Position numbers and translations under genes: made by a program. Shown here in pieces: positions 1 through 13,134 of a stretch of DNA of 64,000 nt. The notes under the pieces are model-generated. The model had not been told where the DNA came from and made no database searches. It worked only from the letters and a program-made list of their open reading frames with translations. Numbering within the stretch: position 1 is the stretch's first letter; each line of letters starts with the position of its first letter. The stretch spans positions 1,246,941 to 1,310,940 of the forward strand of contig MU058844.1 in NCBI GenBank assembly GCA_013265495.1. The letters run 5' to 3'. Source of the DNA: Vicugna vicugna (lineage: Eukaryota).

Positions 1-256
1 CTATGTTCTGTTGCCATGTCTACCTATCAACTCTCTTTCATGATAGCTTGACTTCCAGTTGAGTTCACTTCTTTGACTCCTTGGAAGTGATACCAGGCCA
101 AACAAACACAAGGTCACTGCCTTTTGGACTTGTTATTATGGATTGGTGGTTTCTTTTCCTGGGGCACAATTTGGCTGTTGGTTTAGTTTTCCCTCTCGGC
201 CTTAGCTAGTCCCAGACCCTCCCGTCCCTCTGCTCAATGTCAGTAAGACACAGGTA

Positions 257-518
257 AGCAAAGTGGAATAGTGTTCAAGTTTACAGATTCTAGAATTGCA
301 CGGCTCAGGTTTAAATCCCATCACCACTACTTCCCTACTGTGAGATTGTAGGCAAGCCCCTTTACTCCTCTGAAGCCTCAGTCTTTCCATCTTTAAAAGG
401 AGCTTCATAGTATTACCTAACTCCAAGACAATGGGGAGAATCACCTGAGAAAATACATAAAAAGCTTTAACAAACTGCCTGGCACATAATAAACGATCAA
501 TTAATATAGGCTATTATT
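257..518 (+). mobile_element. MIR SINE, near full length
   Basis: Has the core 'ctctgaagcctcagtctttccatctttaaaa' and the tail 'tgcctggcacataataaacgatcaattaat', matching the recalled MIR consensus. Confidence 0.85.
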
Positions 519-834
519 TTATGCTTTGCTGCTGAGCCCAGCTATGTACTGAGGATAAGCATGAATCACAAAGCTATATTCCTGTCTTGAATACTGCTTA
601 CCTGTCAGTAGTTGGAATCAGGCCACTATTATTTTCTGTCAAATTAGGCAGTTCCTATTTTGTATGACGAATTTTGGATGAAGAATGAGTGATTCATTGG
701 CCACACATACACTGGAGCATGTTTTTATTTATTTTCTTTATCTAGTCTATTCTCAAGGGACCTCAGAATTCAGGTTTGAAGTAAGGAAAGAGTGGTCCGT
801 CAGGATTCTTAGCTCATCTATGTCCATATGTTCA

Positions 835-950
835 TGAGCTGAAAGGAAGAATTTGAATCTAGAAGAAAGGTGATCTGTAAGCAGCCTATTGCAATAATCT
901 TGGTGAGAATCTCTAAAGATCAGAACCAAGCAGAGGGATATGAGAGTAAA
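835..950 (-). mobile_element. L2 LINE fragment
   Basis: 'gcctattgcaataatcttggtgagaat' resembles antisense L2 'aggctattgcaataatccaggtgagagat'. Confidence 0.55.
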
Positions 951-1249
951 AGTCCCCATGAATTCTGGGCTTTAGAGTGCCCTGCATGTCACAGACACAG
1001 AAAGACTATGTTGATGAGACAACACATGAGGGCCTCTGTGACTTGGAATCCTGCACTCAAGGCCAGCGCAGAGTGACTGAAAACCTAAGATGTTATTCCC
1101 TTGGTTGACACCATTGAAGCCCTAGGGAAAAACTTCTCCAAATTGGTCGACCTACATCCTCAGAAGAAAAGACAATTGTATCTACAGGCCACGAAAGTCT
1201 GTGGGTTGTGCTCCTTCTGATGTGGAAGTCAGAAACTCTTTAGGAAGAC

Positions 1250-1835
1250 AGGGTGCATTTGACTGGCAGGAGGGTTTAGATTAAAAACAAAAAAATTTAT
1301 TTAGCTTGTCAGTTCTTCCTGTACAAAGCATGTGTGAAGCAAGATATTGGTTCTTTACATTGGCAGATAAATGTAGAATTAAGTTTGAGTTTTATAAAAG
1401 CATTTAATAATGTTAAATAATTTTTTTAGGAAAGAAAGCTTTGTTTTGTTTTGATTTACATTTTGATACTTCTTGATTATAACTTGTATTTTTCTTTTAA
1501 TTTTAATAAACTATTTGAATGTTTGAGAAGAAACATGACTTTTGAAAGCACATGAAAAATACTTTTTTATATTTAAGTTTGCTTTATTTTGTATTTTTGA
1601 TTAAAATATATTCAGATTTGGTGTGCTTTGGACATAATTACATTTTCACTTTTAATACCTTAGATCATTATTATCAATAGAATCAAACTCTGTGAAGATC
1701 TTGATAAGAATAATATAATAAGTAATTTTGCTGAAGTAAAGACAAAAAAAGAATTTTATGAAATAAAATTTTATGTAATAATTTTTGAATTATGTATGCT
1801 TTTTCTTAATTACTCACCCAAACTTTGGCAGCCCA
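1250..1835. mobile_element. Probable ancient hAT DNA transposon remnant
   Basis: Very AT-rich block ending in 'aactttggcagccc', which resembles the hAT terminus 'tggcaaccct'. Family not resolved. Confidence 0.35.
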
Positions 1836-2356
1836 TCAACTGACTATTGAGACATGTACAATATTGATTAAATTCACTCATCCTTGATATTTAATAGACT
1901 TTCAATTGTATAAAAACAATAGGTTTCCATATTTCAGAAAATTCTTGTCATTCAGAAGATATACTTGGTAAGGTAGGGGATAGAATGTATTTTATTAAGC
2001 AGTCTATATGCCTGGGTTACAACTTCAAAATATTTAGACATAAGGTAGGTAGGCCTCCATTTGTACTCCTGAAGTGGAACAAGGTTAGGAGTAGGCCTGC
2101 TGGTGTTATATAGTCCTCTCATCCAAGGTTGATATTTCATCAAGGTTGATGAAACAAAAACAGGAAAAGTGAAGGCAGTGATGCCAACCTGAAAACCAAC
2201 TGACCAACCAACCAATTAACCAAAGACAGAACAGATAACAGCAGAAAGCAGTCACTGAATCTGTTTCTGCCTGTTCACATGATGGACTTAACATCCTAAA
2301 CACAGTTACTCTGAACTCCAAATGCATTGCCCATAAATTTTAGGCAAAAGTGTTCC

Positions 2357-2775
2357 TTTTTTTTTTCACTTGAAGTATAGTTGATTTACAATGTTGTGTT
2401 AGTTTCTGATGTACAGCAGAGTGATTCAGTTATATATACATATTTTTATATTCTTTTTCATTATAGGTTATTATAAGATATTAAATATAGTTCCCTGTGC
2501 TATACAGTAGGGCCTTGTTGTTTATCTATTTTGTAAATAGTAGTTTGTATCTGCTAATCCCTAAGTCCTAATTTATTCCTCCTCACCGCACTTTCCCCTT
2601 TGGTAACCATAAGTTTGTTTTCTGTGTCTGTGAGTCTGTTTCTGTTTTGTAAATAATTTCATTAGGGTCATTTTTTTAGATTCCATGTAAAAGTGATATT
2701 GTATGATAGTTGCCTTTCTCTTACTTCACTTAGTATGATAATCTCATGTTGCTGAAAACGGTATTATTTCATTTC
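2357..2775 (-). mobile_element. L1 3' end, 5'-truncated, cetartiodactyl-type
   Basis: Poly-T followed by 'tgaagtatagttgatttacaatgttgtgttagtttctgatgtacagcagagtgattcagttata...ttcccctttggtaaccataagtttgttttct'. Confidence 0.9.
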
Positions 2776-2819
2776 AAATTGTCCTTTTTAAAATTTTTAT
2801 TTTAAACAGTTTTCATTAA

Positions 2820-3010
2820 TTTTTTTTGAAGTGTAGTTGATTTACAACGTTGTATTAGTTTCTGGTGTACAGCATAGTGATTCGGTTATATGTACATACA
2901 TATTCTTTTTCATTATAGGTTACTGCAAGCCTTTGAATTTAGTTCCTTGTGCTATACAGTAGGACCTTGTTGTTTATCTATTCTGTATATAGTAGGTTGT
3001 ATCTGCTAAA
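2820..3010 (-). mobile_element. Second, shorter L1 3' end of the same family
   Basis: 'tttttttgaagtgtagttgatttacaacgttgtattagtttctggtgtacagcatagtgattc' is colinear with 2360-2555. Confidence 0.9.
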
Positions 3011-3407
3011 TTTTTTTTTTTAATGAAAGGCAGGTACAGACTACAGAATCTTCCATTCCTGATTTGATCATGTTTAATCCATTGGCCACCTGCTAATATT
3101 GAAATGGAATTTAGTCATAATAATATACTTAATTCAGAAAATCAATATCCAGATATTTTGACATTCTTAGAATCTAAAGACCCAGTCCATAGATAGTGAT
3201 TAGAGGTGACCAAGGCACAGAGCTCAAATTAAAAGAAATTAACCATAAACTCAGAAGGACGAATTTCTCATCTTGAATTCCTCACTGACTTATTGAAAAA
3301 TGTTACCTGGATACTATTCAAATGTCAAATGGCTTTACCTTCTGTGCCACCAAGAGCATTCAGATGGTCATTAAGGTAGAAGGCAACTGAAATGTGCAAG
3401 AAGCAAG

Positions 3408-3462
3408 ACACACACAACACACACGCACACACACATGTACACACACACGGATGTATGCACAC
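3408..3462. repeat. Degenerate (CA)n microsatellite
   Basis: 'acacacacaacacacacgcacacacacatgtacacacacac'. Confidence 0.85.
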
Positions 3463-4529
3463 TTGCAAACAAAAAGTACCACATCACTGGCTCTGGGTTT
3501 TGAGTTCAGGAAGGGCTATGCCAACATGCTTTGTAATTCTTATGTTCTACACACCAATGCATAGAAAGCACATTTATTCATCCTGAGAGTAAGTATTTAA
3601 GAAATTAGCAAGGATTAGGAAACTCTTTTATAAACATCTCTTTGGGCTTACTTTATAAGGTTCTATGAAACAGTGAAATCATTGTTCTATATCAGAGCCT
3701 AATCTCCTTGGGAATAGCATTTTACTCTCTGGTGCCATTGCTTTGTAGTTGAGTGTATATGAAGTCTGAGAGCCATGTATAAGCCACAGGGACAAATGGG
3801 TTCCTCTCATAAGTCCTCACTGTTACAGTCTATATTTATAATCAGACAATCAATATGGCTAACATTTGCCAACTTCACTGGAGGAGAGTGAGTGATCCTG
3901 TCTGAGATCCACGATACTAGAGAAATGATGTGAAGAAGCTGTGTGAATGGGGTTCATTGTTTGCCTGTATTTTAAATGTTCTCATTTTTCACAACATTTT
4001 ATGGAGAGCTCTTAAAAGGCCTTATTGATAGAGATACTCATTAAATGTCAGTTTTAAAAGAGGTGTTGTTGATGTAATGTAATATAATATGCTTTTGCAC
4101 AAGGCTTTTCATCCCAGTGTTTGAGGAATACTTTGCCAACCCAATCCTATCACCAGAATCCCAGATGTAATTCATGGAAGCTAAGAAAGCTGCCCTCTAG
4201 ATGTAAATTCAAATGCATAGAATATTTGTTAGATTTAACACCCAAAAATGATTGGCATACATTTAGCACATGACTTTTTATCTCCGTGATAACTGGAGGC
4301 TGAATATTCACTCATTCAAAAACCATTTATTGAGCATCTACCATATACCAGGTGCAGTGCTGGGCATAGATTTAAAAAGCTATTGTTTTTACCTTCTAAT
4401 GACGGAAACAGACTGTCATTAGACAGAATAGTGTGAATACGTTGACAATGCCATGTGACAACTGCAATTGAGTGCCATTTATGCAGTGTAAATGCAACGT
4501 AGGAACCTGTGAAGTTAGTTTGAGTAGAG

Positions 4530-4718
4530 CACTGATTTTCAGAACATGGTCCCAGTCCCGTCCCGGCAGAATCAGCATCATCTAGAAGCTTATTAGAAAT
4601 GTAAATTCTCAGGCCCCAGGACTACTGAATGCTAAACTCAGAGGGTGAACTCTGCAATCTATGCTCTAACAAACCCTCCAGCTAATTCTGACCCTTGCTC
4701 AAGTTTAAAAAAACACTG
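4530..4718. mobile_element. MER5A (hAT-Charlie MITE)
   Basis: 'atcagcatcatctagaagcttattagaaatgtaaattctcaggcccca...ctaacaaaccctccagctaattctga...caagttt...cactg'. Confidence 0.85.
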
Positions 4719-4726
4719 GCCCAGAG

Positions 4727-4850
4727 CAGTGATTCTCAAACTCTGGTGCATATTAGTAATCGCTTGAAACTCCCCAGGCTCAGGCCACAACCCAAACCAA
4801 TTAAATCAGTCTATCACTGGGGGTAGATGAAGCGATGTAGGTGCCAGATT
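4727..4850. mobile_element. MER5A1/MER5-type MITE, partial
   Basis: 'cagtgattctcaaact...caggccacaacccaaaccaattaaatcag'. Confidence 0.7.
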
Positions 4851-5044
4851 TTAAAAGTCAAATAAGATATTTCCAGGAAGACAGCGAGGAGGCATTTCAT
4901 GCAGAGGGAAGATTCCACAGAAGCTCGGAAGCATGAAACAGCTCTGGATATTGGAGGTAAAATCAATACTTGCTGACGCAAAAAGTTGGAAGGGAAAAGT
5001 AAAGGAAGAAGAATGAACTGGAACAGTAGACAAGGGCCTGTTCA

Positions 5045-5760
5045 CAGACAGCTGCAGCTTGGAGGATGAGCTGAGTCATGGTTGTATGTATCTTTTCTGG
5101 TCTTTACTGGGAAATTGTTTTGTGTTCCATCTTGCTGCTGCTCCATCCTGCTTCCTGGGCTTGGCTTTCCTGGCAGAACCATTTCTCTCAGCTGAGGCTG
5201 TTTATAATTTAGATCGGTGATTATTTAGTGCTCAACCGAATCAGCCACATGCTGCTCTGAATGGGAGGAGAGAGGGGATTGGTCGCAGATAATAGAAAAG
5301 AGGATCTGAGACAAAGTGAAGGAGCTGCAGAAAAGCGAAGGGTTGCTTTAGACTTTTGATCGTAGCTGCTGTTGCTGTTTCCAGCTGAATCAGGGAGGAA
5401 TGCTGAAATAAGTACATCTGCCCTCGAAGAAATCAAAGCCAGACACAGGAAGTGGGTGGAGGGAGCCTTCCAAAGTGCCTCAGCTGCCGCATGCCTTCTG
5501 TCTGCTGTGGGCACAGCAGCTGCACAGACCCCTCTTGTTGGGAGACAAGACAGGACCCTTTCAGTCCCATGACCTCAACCTCATCTCCAGTGGTAGAGAA
5601 AAGAGAAGCTGAAAGCCTTCCGTGTGACTGAGCACATGAGAATGTGACAGTTATTTGGGGTAACAGATTTCCTGTGGGCCCTGGTGGCCAACAAGGGCCA
5701 TTGTGTGGATGTGCACACCCGTGCTTGTGCCAGGGGCGGGGGTGGGGGGGCAAGGAAGAC
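5045..5760. promoter_or_regulatory. Candidate enhancer (motif cluster)
   Basis: AP-1 TGAGTCA 5072-5078; CAGCTG E-boxes at 5049, 5382, 5481 and 5517; AGATAA 5287; GGAATG 5397; ETS CAGGAAGT 5446-5453; GC box GGGGCGGGG 5733. No recognisable repeat. Confidence 0.4.
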
Positions 5761-6319
5761 AAGGAGGCAGGCGTCGTTCATTTCTTGACTCGTATAATGT
5801 GAATATTTCCAAGAGACAGAGATGGGCATTTTCAGGGTGTCAGATGCTCTAACGGAATCTACCCTTTGCATTGGATTCAAGGTCGACTTTAACTAGGTGT
5901 TTACATTCACAGTCCACTGACGAGATCAGAGCAACTATGCATCAGCTACGAAGAGAAAGGTTAACAACTCAAGCCTGTCCTAACTTTATTAGACCCAAAT
6001 CTCCACCTTTGAAATATATAAGGAAGCAAAGGAAATGTATGTGCATGGAAAGAAGTGGGGATTCATGTGCTTTGGACAGGATGTATCAGCTAATTGAGCC
6101 TGAGACTGTGATGAACAACTTAGGCTCATTTGGGATAGGAGTTAGCTCATCATTTAATTCTAAGTTGGGCTCTGTTCAGCCATTTCAGCATCACCTCACA
6201 TCTCCATCCATCATATCGCACGACATATTTTGAAGAAAGTGCCAAGTCAGTTTCCTCCTGCTGGGTGACTTGGTTTTCTTCCTCAGTTAATTTTGAATGG
6301 ATCTCTTTTGGCTGACTAC

Positions 6320-6792
6320 TATGTATTGAAGCCTTACTCTGTGCCAAGCTATGATAAGCACTTTATAGGGCAATATGATAGCATGGCTCTTAAACCACAG
6401 GCTTTAGAATCATTCTGCCAGGATCAAATCTCAGTTTATACCTTTGGACAAGTCACCTAATCTGGTGTAGCCTCAGTTTTCTCATATGTTAAAGAGGAGT
6501 GACTGATAATAGCACTAGCCTTATTGGATTAACATGAGAGTTAATAAGCATATTCGTGTACTGTGCTCTCTGTAATGCCTGACCCATAGTAAGTGCTCAG
6601 TAAATATTACATATTTACCATGAACCATCATTGTCACTAAGTATATACACCTCTCCCTATTTGCAAAGAAGAGAGGGGGAAAAAGATTGAGAGAGTTTAA
6701 GTTCCAGCTCAAAGTCACCCAACTTGTAAGTGGGAGATTCAGGATTCAAACTCAGTTCTGGGGGCAGAGTCTGTGCTGTTCAGCGCTACATG
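6320..6792 (-). mobile_element. MIR, split by a nested plus-strand MIR
   Basis: Antisense tail 'tattgaagccttactctgtgccaagc' at 6320-6367. Antisense head 'ctcaaagtcacccaacttgtaagtgggagattcaggattcaaactcag' at 6650-6792. Confidence 0.7.
6368..6630 (+). mobile_element. MIR, nested copy
   Basis: 'ttggacaagtcacctaatc...gcctcagttttctcatatgttaaa...tgcctgacccatagtaagtgctcagtaaat'. Confidence 0.85.
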
Positions 6793-9700
6793 TTTTATGA
6801 TTTGGCTGTTTACACCCACTTCTCCTCTCCTCAGAATGACTGCCAGTTTATCTGATGCATAATTTATTCTCAAATCTTTTGCTTTTCTGCCCTTATTTGA
6901 TTCCTCTTCTCAGTTTGCAGTTTCACTGCTGTGTTTCTACATTGTACTTGCAACAGTTTTTTTTTTAATACCGTCTGTTAGAAACTAGTCATTTTGCTTC
7001 CACACATTCCTAAAGATAAGACTATTTCTTAAGAAAAAGTAGAATAAAGCAGGAACAGATTCTCAGATGTAATCGTCAGGATGTGCACTGAATATCTGAG
7101 TGCTCACAGGATCATTACACTTTCAAATATTCCTGTTCCGTGTGGCGAAGACTCAGTAACACTCTTGTAAAGACAGCTGGCTATTGTAGTCTGAGTGAAA
7201 AGCTTCACCAGTAGATCTGTGCTCAGTTTAACAATGAGAGAACAAGCATGGTGTGAGTTTCAGATCTATGTGTACATGTATATGTATAAATTATATGTAT
7301 CTATGCATTCCTGTCTGTACATACACACCTGTGTGACCATTTTGGACTTTAGAGAAGATATAGTTGGGCTCTTATAGGCTACATCCACAAACCCCCACCA
7401 TAAACTGAAAAACAGTTGTCATATACCAACCTATTAAATTGAAATAATTGAAATGAGTGGTTTCTTTGGGACTATTAAGGTGTAGATAATTTGAGAAGTC
7501 AATGATTGGAAGTCAGTTGTGGTCACATGCCTATGAGATCAAACAGGTTCATGGTATCAAACAGGTTCTTCACAATTATGGCAAAACATGGTTTATAATG
7601 TCCAGTAGTAATGAAGAAATATATTTGTATAGACATTATCACTGACATCTTCTTTTGTTTGAGTTTCCAGCTAATCGCATAGCTGTGGTTTCTTGGCAAC
7701 AGGAGCTCTACCTTACTTGTACTTTTTACACCCCCTCCAGGGTTGTAGTACTTGGCATATGATTTTTACTCAGTAAAGAAGTACAATTAACTGAAACTCA
7801 TTCCCTCCCTCTTTTTTTTTTAAACCTACTATTTAACTGGTTAAGAAGTTGTAAGTTTAAAAAATGTTTTTTTCTTAACCTTTGAAACTTGTTAACTAGT
7901 CAACGTTTTTTGAGCACTCGTGTCCAGATGTGCTTTGGAGGAATGCAAAGACGTGTTAGACAGAAGACAGGTAAGCCCATCTCTGCCTTCAGGTAGCTCC
8001 CAGAATAATTGCATATAGGCCTGATCTGAATAATTATCAAGCTACAGATCTTGCCTCCTGGCTGTGAATGTCTAACCATATTCTAGAAACAGACATAGCT
8101 TTATTTCCTGTGTTAGGCTTCACAAACAGAAGAAATCCTGTGTACTGTGTTCATCATTTTTCCTTAAGTTAGCTCTTTTAGGTTGCAGAAGAACTCAGGA
8201 AAACCACATAAGAGGAAGCCCAGTATTTCTGTTTGTTTGTTTCCAATGTATGAACATACTTGATAACTTGAGTTATTAAGATACAGCCCTGGTTGACGCA
8301 GGCTTTGGGTCACATGCTCACCCTGGGCCCCACACTCACCCTTTCTCTGGTGACCTTGTAGAACTCCAGACTTTATACATTGGGACAGTAATCACAGAGT
8401 TAGGGGATACCACGAAGGGCACATCCACATACAGCTGCACCAGCACCATTCAGTGATCCCCCCTAAAGCACAGTGATTGCTTCTGGAGGATAAATGAAGG
8501 GAAAATAGAGGTTCCAGGTACGTTGGGGCCCTAAAATACTTCAGAATGATGGTTTTCTGGGCGCTCCATCTCTGGAATATTTCATCAGAGATCTGCCTCT
8601 TCTGTTGTTTATTCTACGCACATTTACTTCTTTGTGCCAGGTTTTGTTTACATGTGAGGGACCCACATGTGAAAAGATGTCAGTCCTGTCCTTAAGGAAT
8701 TTATATGTCTGGCTAGACTATTTGAAGGCCCCAGATGTGTGGCACCCACTCCTCACCGTTGTGAAGGAACAACTGTTAGGTTCTGAAACTATATACAGTA
8801 TTTGCTTTAAGAGACTACAGCAGCACAGGAAGTCCTGAAATACACCACAGAATATGAATAGCTTGTGGATGATATTATGCTCCAGCTTAATGCAGACCGT
8901 AGCCAAGGGCAAGATATCTCATAACTAATTATATTCACTTTGCACTTAACAGAGACATTCAAAATACGGTTCTTAAAATTGTGTAAGCTGAACTTCTGTT
9001 AAAATTACACTCTCCCTAAGGAAAATAGCTCTCTTCCTTTGCTATACTTTGGGCTACATTTACAGGCTGCCAAAACACTTCATTTAATTTAGGGGTAAAG
9101 TCCGTCCAACCGTTGTCAGGGATCATGTAACAACCAGTTGTTTTGCTGATTTTTTTTTTTAAACCTTGTAACTGTACGTTTGTGTTATGGTGGCCCAGCC
9201 TTAGGCTACTTGAGAGAGACAGAATTAAAAGAGTTGACTCAAACAGGCAATGAAAAAGAGAATGTGTATCCTTACAGAATTTTGGAGTTTAGAACACTTC
9301 CACATACATTATCTCATTTAATTATCTCAAAGCCTCTGCAGACAGAGGCACTGCTATTACTGTTCCTGATTCTCAGGTGAGATATTATTTGAAGAGGAGG
9401 GACAGAGGCAGGATAAACATAGGTGGCCCTGCCTTGAAATCCTGTTTTTTACCCCACATGAGAGTTCTAAAATCCAGCATGTGCTGGGATAAATCTTTGC
9501 TAGAACCTTGTTTGCAATCTGATTGTTGACACCATGATGCCAATGTGGTTTAGTTTTCTCTTAGTGTATCGTGTACATAAGTCAGAATCCTAAGTCCGGT
9601 GTTTTCTAAAAAGAACCTCATGTTATCTCTGACGTCAATAGGGAACTATTTAAATCTTAGGAATCGGGGAAACAGCATGTCCTGGTAGCCTTGGGTTTCT

Positions 9701-9928
9701 TTTTGTTAAGGCTAGAAGAAAGAAATGCCTTTAGTTCTGAACTTGACCTGGAATTTATCTTTCAACAGGTCATTAAGGACAAGCAATTGTTGTAGACAAA
9801 GGAATGGAACTGGGGCTTTCGTTAACCTCAAAATACTTCCGGTAGGAAGCAACTTAAGTTCACAACAACAAATATTCACATAGTCCCTAAAGTGTGCAGG
9901 ACACTGTAAGTTTTAAGTGGGAGGGAGG

Positions 9929-9995
9929 AGGGTCACACATCCTGTCTTGCCCAGAACAGTCCTGATTTATGCCAATTGCCCTAGTGTCCTGTCTG
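9929..9995. mobile_element. MER81/MER94-like hAT-Blackjack MITE fragment
   Basis: 'agggtcacacatcctgtcttgcccagaacagtcctgatttatgcc'. Confidence 0.6.
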
Positions 9996-10916
9996 CTTAG
10001 AGCCAGTGAACCTTTCCCTCTAAAAAATTACATGTTCAATCCAGTTAGACTAGACACAAAATCAAGAAAAAACTGAGACTTTGTCCTCAGGAGATTATAA
10101 TTTGGTGAAAGCCAAGAGGAGGGTATAAAAAAGTATAGAGCAGAATATTCCAAGTGTTGTTTTAAAATGATGTAAAGCAAATGATTTGGGAGTTTAGAAA
10201 TATATATTTTGTTGGATTACTTATCACTTTGTTTTCCTCCTAAAGATCACAATAATAAGAGTTATCCAAAACGCTGGATACATGCAAAACATATCCTAGT
10301 ATAGAGAACTCACAGTTCAGATGTCCTTCTCCACTGAGGAAGATTTACTTTGTTCCAGTACTCAGCTGGACCACACCAGACAATTTGAACGCTTATATCA
10401 CTAAAGGGAACTACCTGCTGAGAATTAATTCACAGTGTCTTGGCTGAGGGTCTATATTTCTAATTATGTTCTTATTTCCTCCTGCTCAGACTGATGCAGA
10501 CGTCAGCGTGATGATTAGGAAGTGTGATGCTTCAGAAACAGGAACACGCTCTATAAAAATGCCCCTGAAAAGTACTTTCCCTTCTCTATTCTTGTAGTGA
10601 GAGTGCCTATTTGAACCTCACGGCTTTTGGTAAAAATATAAATTCTAGGCTGGTTTCTACTCTGAACAGTCTTTATCTGATTATTTAAAGCCCTCTACTT
10701 TGCAGTTACTTCCTATATTGGACTATTGAATCTCCCATCCGTAGGGTCCTGTCCCCCATCTTCCACCTATTTCACAGCTGTTGTAGGAGAAATTGTTTGC
10801 TGCCTCACTAAGGCATTTATTTTTTAGACTTAAATGTCTGTTTGCACGTGAATTACACTAGGTCCTGTGGGTGACAAGAAAGAAGAACAGTAAATAATGT
10901 CCTTTGACCTTAATAG

Positions 10917-11043
10917 AGGGACCACATGTTGTAATTTGCTTAGATAGTTCATGTCCATGCCAGGGGTCCTGGTGTAATTAATAACATCTCTTTTTTACTC
11001 TCAAAAGTGTCCCAATTTGGATAATAAATTATATGGTCCCCTA
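10917..11043. mobile_element. MER94 (hAT-Blackjack MITE)
   Basis: Termini 'agggaccacatg' and 'tatatggtccccta'. Internal 'ctctcaaaagtgtcccaatttggataataaattatatgg'. Confidence 0.85.
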
Positions 11044-12000
11044 GACCTTAGAGGCCTTAAATTCAGTTATGGGGACAGGAGACACAGCAGAAGAAGACAA
11101 CTAACACCACAAAGCAATGTGTGATGCATGCTGAATACATGACCTGTGCCGTCAGTGAATGGAATCACATTTTAAAAGAAGGAGAGACTGCGATGACTTG
11201 AGTGCTCTGATAAACTGCTTGAAGACGAGACTGATGTTGGCCCTTGACGACCATGTAGAATTCAAACAGGCAGTGAAGAAAGAGGATCGTGCAATAAACC
11301 CTTTTCTTGAGACTGTGCTAAAATCAAAGCAAAACATAATTTTTTCAATCTGCATTAGTGCTTGTAAAAATGATTCCCTCCCCTCTTCAAAGCAAGCTGA
11401 TTGTTACAGGCAAACCAGCTTGGTGTCTTGAGCAGAAAACCCATTTTAGTCTATTTAAATATGTGGGCGTTTTCCAAATGTTCACTCTGGTTCCCCGCCA
11501 CATGAATGAGCCATTTGCTTTGCTAACATAATCACTACCCCGTGGTTATGGAGGGGCCAGAGCATGTGCCCAGGAATCCTCAGAAGGCAGCCTGGGCTTC
11601 AGTGGTACTTCCAAGATATGGAATTGCACACATCACGCATTTCCTATTTGGCTGCATTTTCAACCACCTCTTATTCCAAATGGGTACACAGACACCATGA
11701 GAAGGAAATGACGAATGGGGACACACAGAAAGCTACAGACTCAATTTTTAAAGACCTCTAAAGGAAGTGGTGGAAAGTGTACATGAGGATTACTTCTTAT
11801 TCCAAATATCCCTAATGAACAGATTTTAATGCTTTTGGACCTAAGGTGTGAATGTCACAACCATCCTGCCTTCTTTGAGCATCATTCTATTAAAATGACT
11901 GTTCTCTTCTTAGAGTTAAATTACATCAGTAGTTTTTAGATTTTTTTCTTTAAGGATTAAAACCTTTCATTCAAACAAAATCTTAGAGATAATTCTGATT

Positions 12001-12505
12001 TGTGTGTGACACAGCCTGCTAGTTACCAACCCAATAGCCACTCTCCCCCTCTTTCTTATTAATGAAGCCCCAATTTTTATTGGGGGCAGCAATATGCCCA
12101 GCTTGAAATGATAGAAACTAAATTTCCTACTTCTCCTCTTACCTAAAGGTATGACATAGGTCTAGTCAAAAGAAGACACAATATTAGGTTCCAAGAAAGG
12201 TCATCAAAGAAGACTAAATCATCTTGCATGTACCCTTTTGCTCTTTCCCTTTCCCTCTAGCCTGTCTGAATAGTGGACATGATGGCTGGAGCTCTGACAG
12301 GCTTCTTGAGAACATAAAGATGAGGCCATACTCTCAAGATGTGGAAACAGAAATCCAAAATAAGCTTGGGTTTCTAATGATACCATGGAACAACCACACT
12401 AACCTCTGAACTTCCTACTTCTGCACTTATTTGAAAGAGAAAAATTTCTATGTTATTTAATTCTCTTTGTTATAATTTGAAGGTTTCTGCATTAGCAGAA
12501 AAAGG
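12001..12505 (+). mobile_element. MLT1 (MLT1J-like) solo LTR
   Basis: 'ctgctagttaccaacccaatagccactctccccctctttcttattaatgaagccccaattttt...ggcagcaatatgcccagct'. Confidence 0.75.
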
Positions 12506-13134
12506 GAAATTTTAATATTAAAGTGTTAAATTGATAAATGTTAATCTGTTGAATATTAAACTACAAATACGACTGTTTTCCAGTTAAAGTAAATGTGAAT
12601 AAAGATCAGAGTTCTACCTGTCATAATATTTAAAGTATAGGATATTTATTAAGCAACTTTAAGTTAATATGGCATTTCTGGAGGCACTGATAATAAAATA
12701 AAGGGCCATCTATAACTTATGTAACCTTACTAGAGTCATAACCTTCTGCATTGACTGTAGATTGCTCTTTGAGGTAGAAATATTGGAGGAAGCTGTAATT
12801 TCTTTATCTATTATTTCAGAGCAAGTGCTAATAAATCTGGAGTGGCTTAACCTAGACCTTAATTACTATTGAATCATATGCCTTTTCTCCGTTTAAGTGA
12901 GGGGAAAGAAGGATGCAAAAGAATAAAAAGGGAAAAATCATTTTGGGGTATCTACTAATTGCTGGCCATTTAATCTGTATTATACCATTTAATCAGGACT
13001 ACAAACCTAGAAAGGAGAGAGATCCTATATGTTGCCCCACTCTAGCAGGCAACATTCACATAGAATACAATGAAGAGTGTGCCTGCTGCAGATGTGTGAG
13101 CTGACACCCCTAAATTAGAGGACATAACTAGTTT

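Larger units (their letters stand above)
4305..5045 (-). mobile_element. L2 3' portion interrupted by MER5 elements
   Basis: L2 tail 'attcactcattcaaaaaccatttattgagcatctaccatataccaggtgcagtgctggg'. L2-like sequence resumes after about 4850. Confidence 0.65.

Noticed and set aside
7370..7455. Possible Tigger (TcMar) fragment
   Set aside because: The similarity is short and weak, and no terminal repeat is identifiable.
10508..10568. GTGATGA...CTGA as a C/D box snoRNA
   Set aside because: No terminal stem, no recognisable guide sequence, and no host exons nearby.
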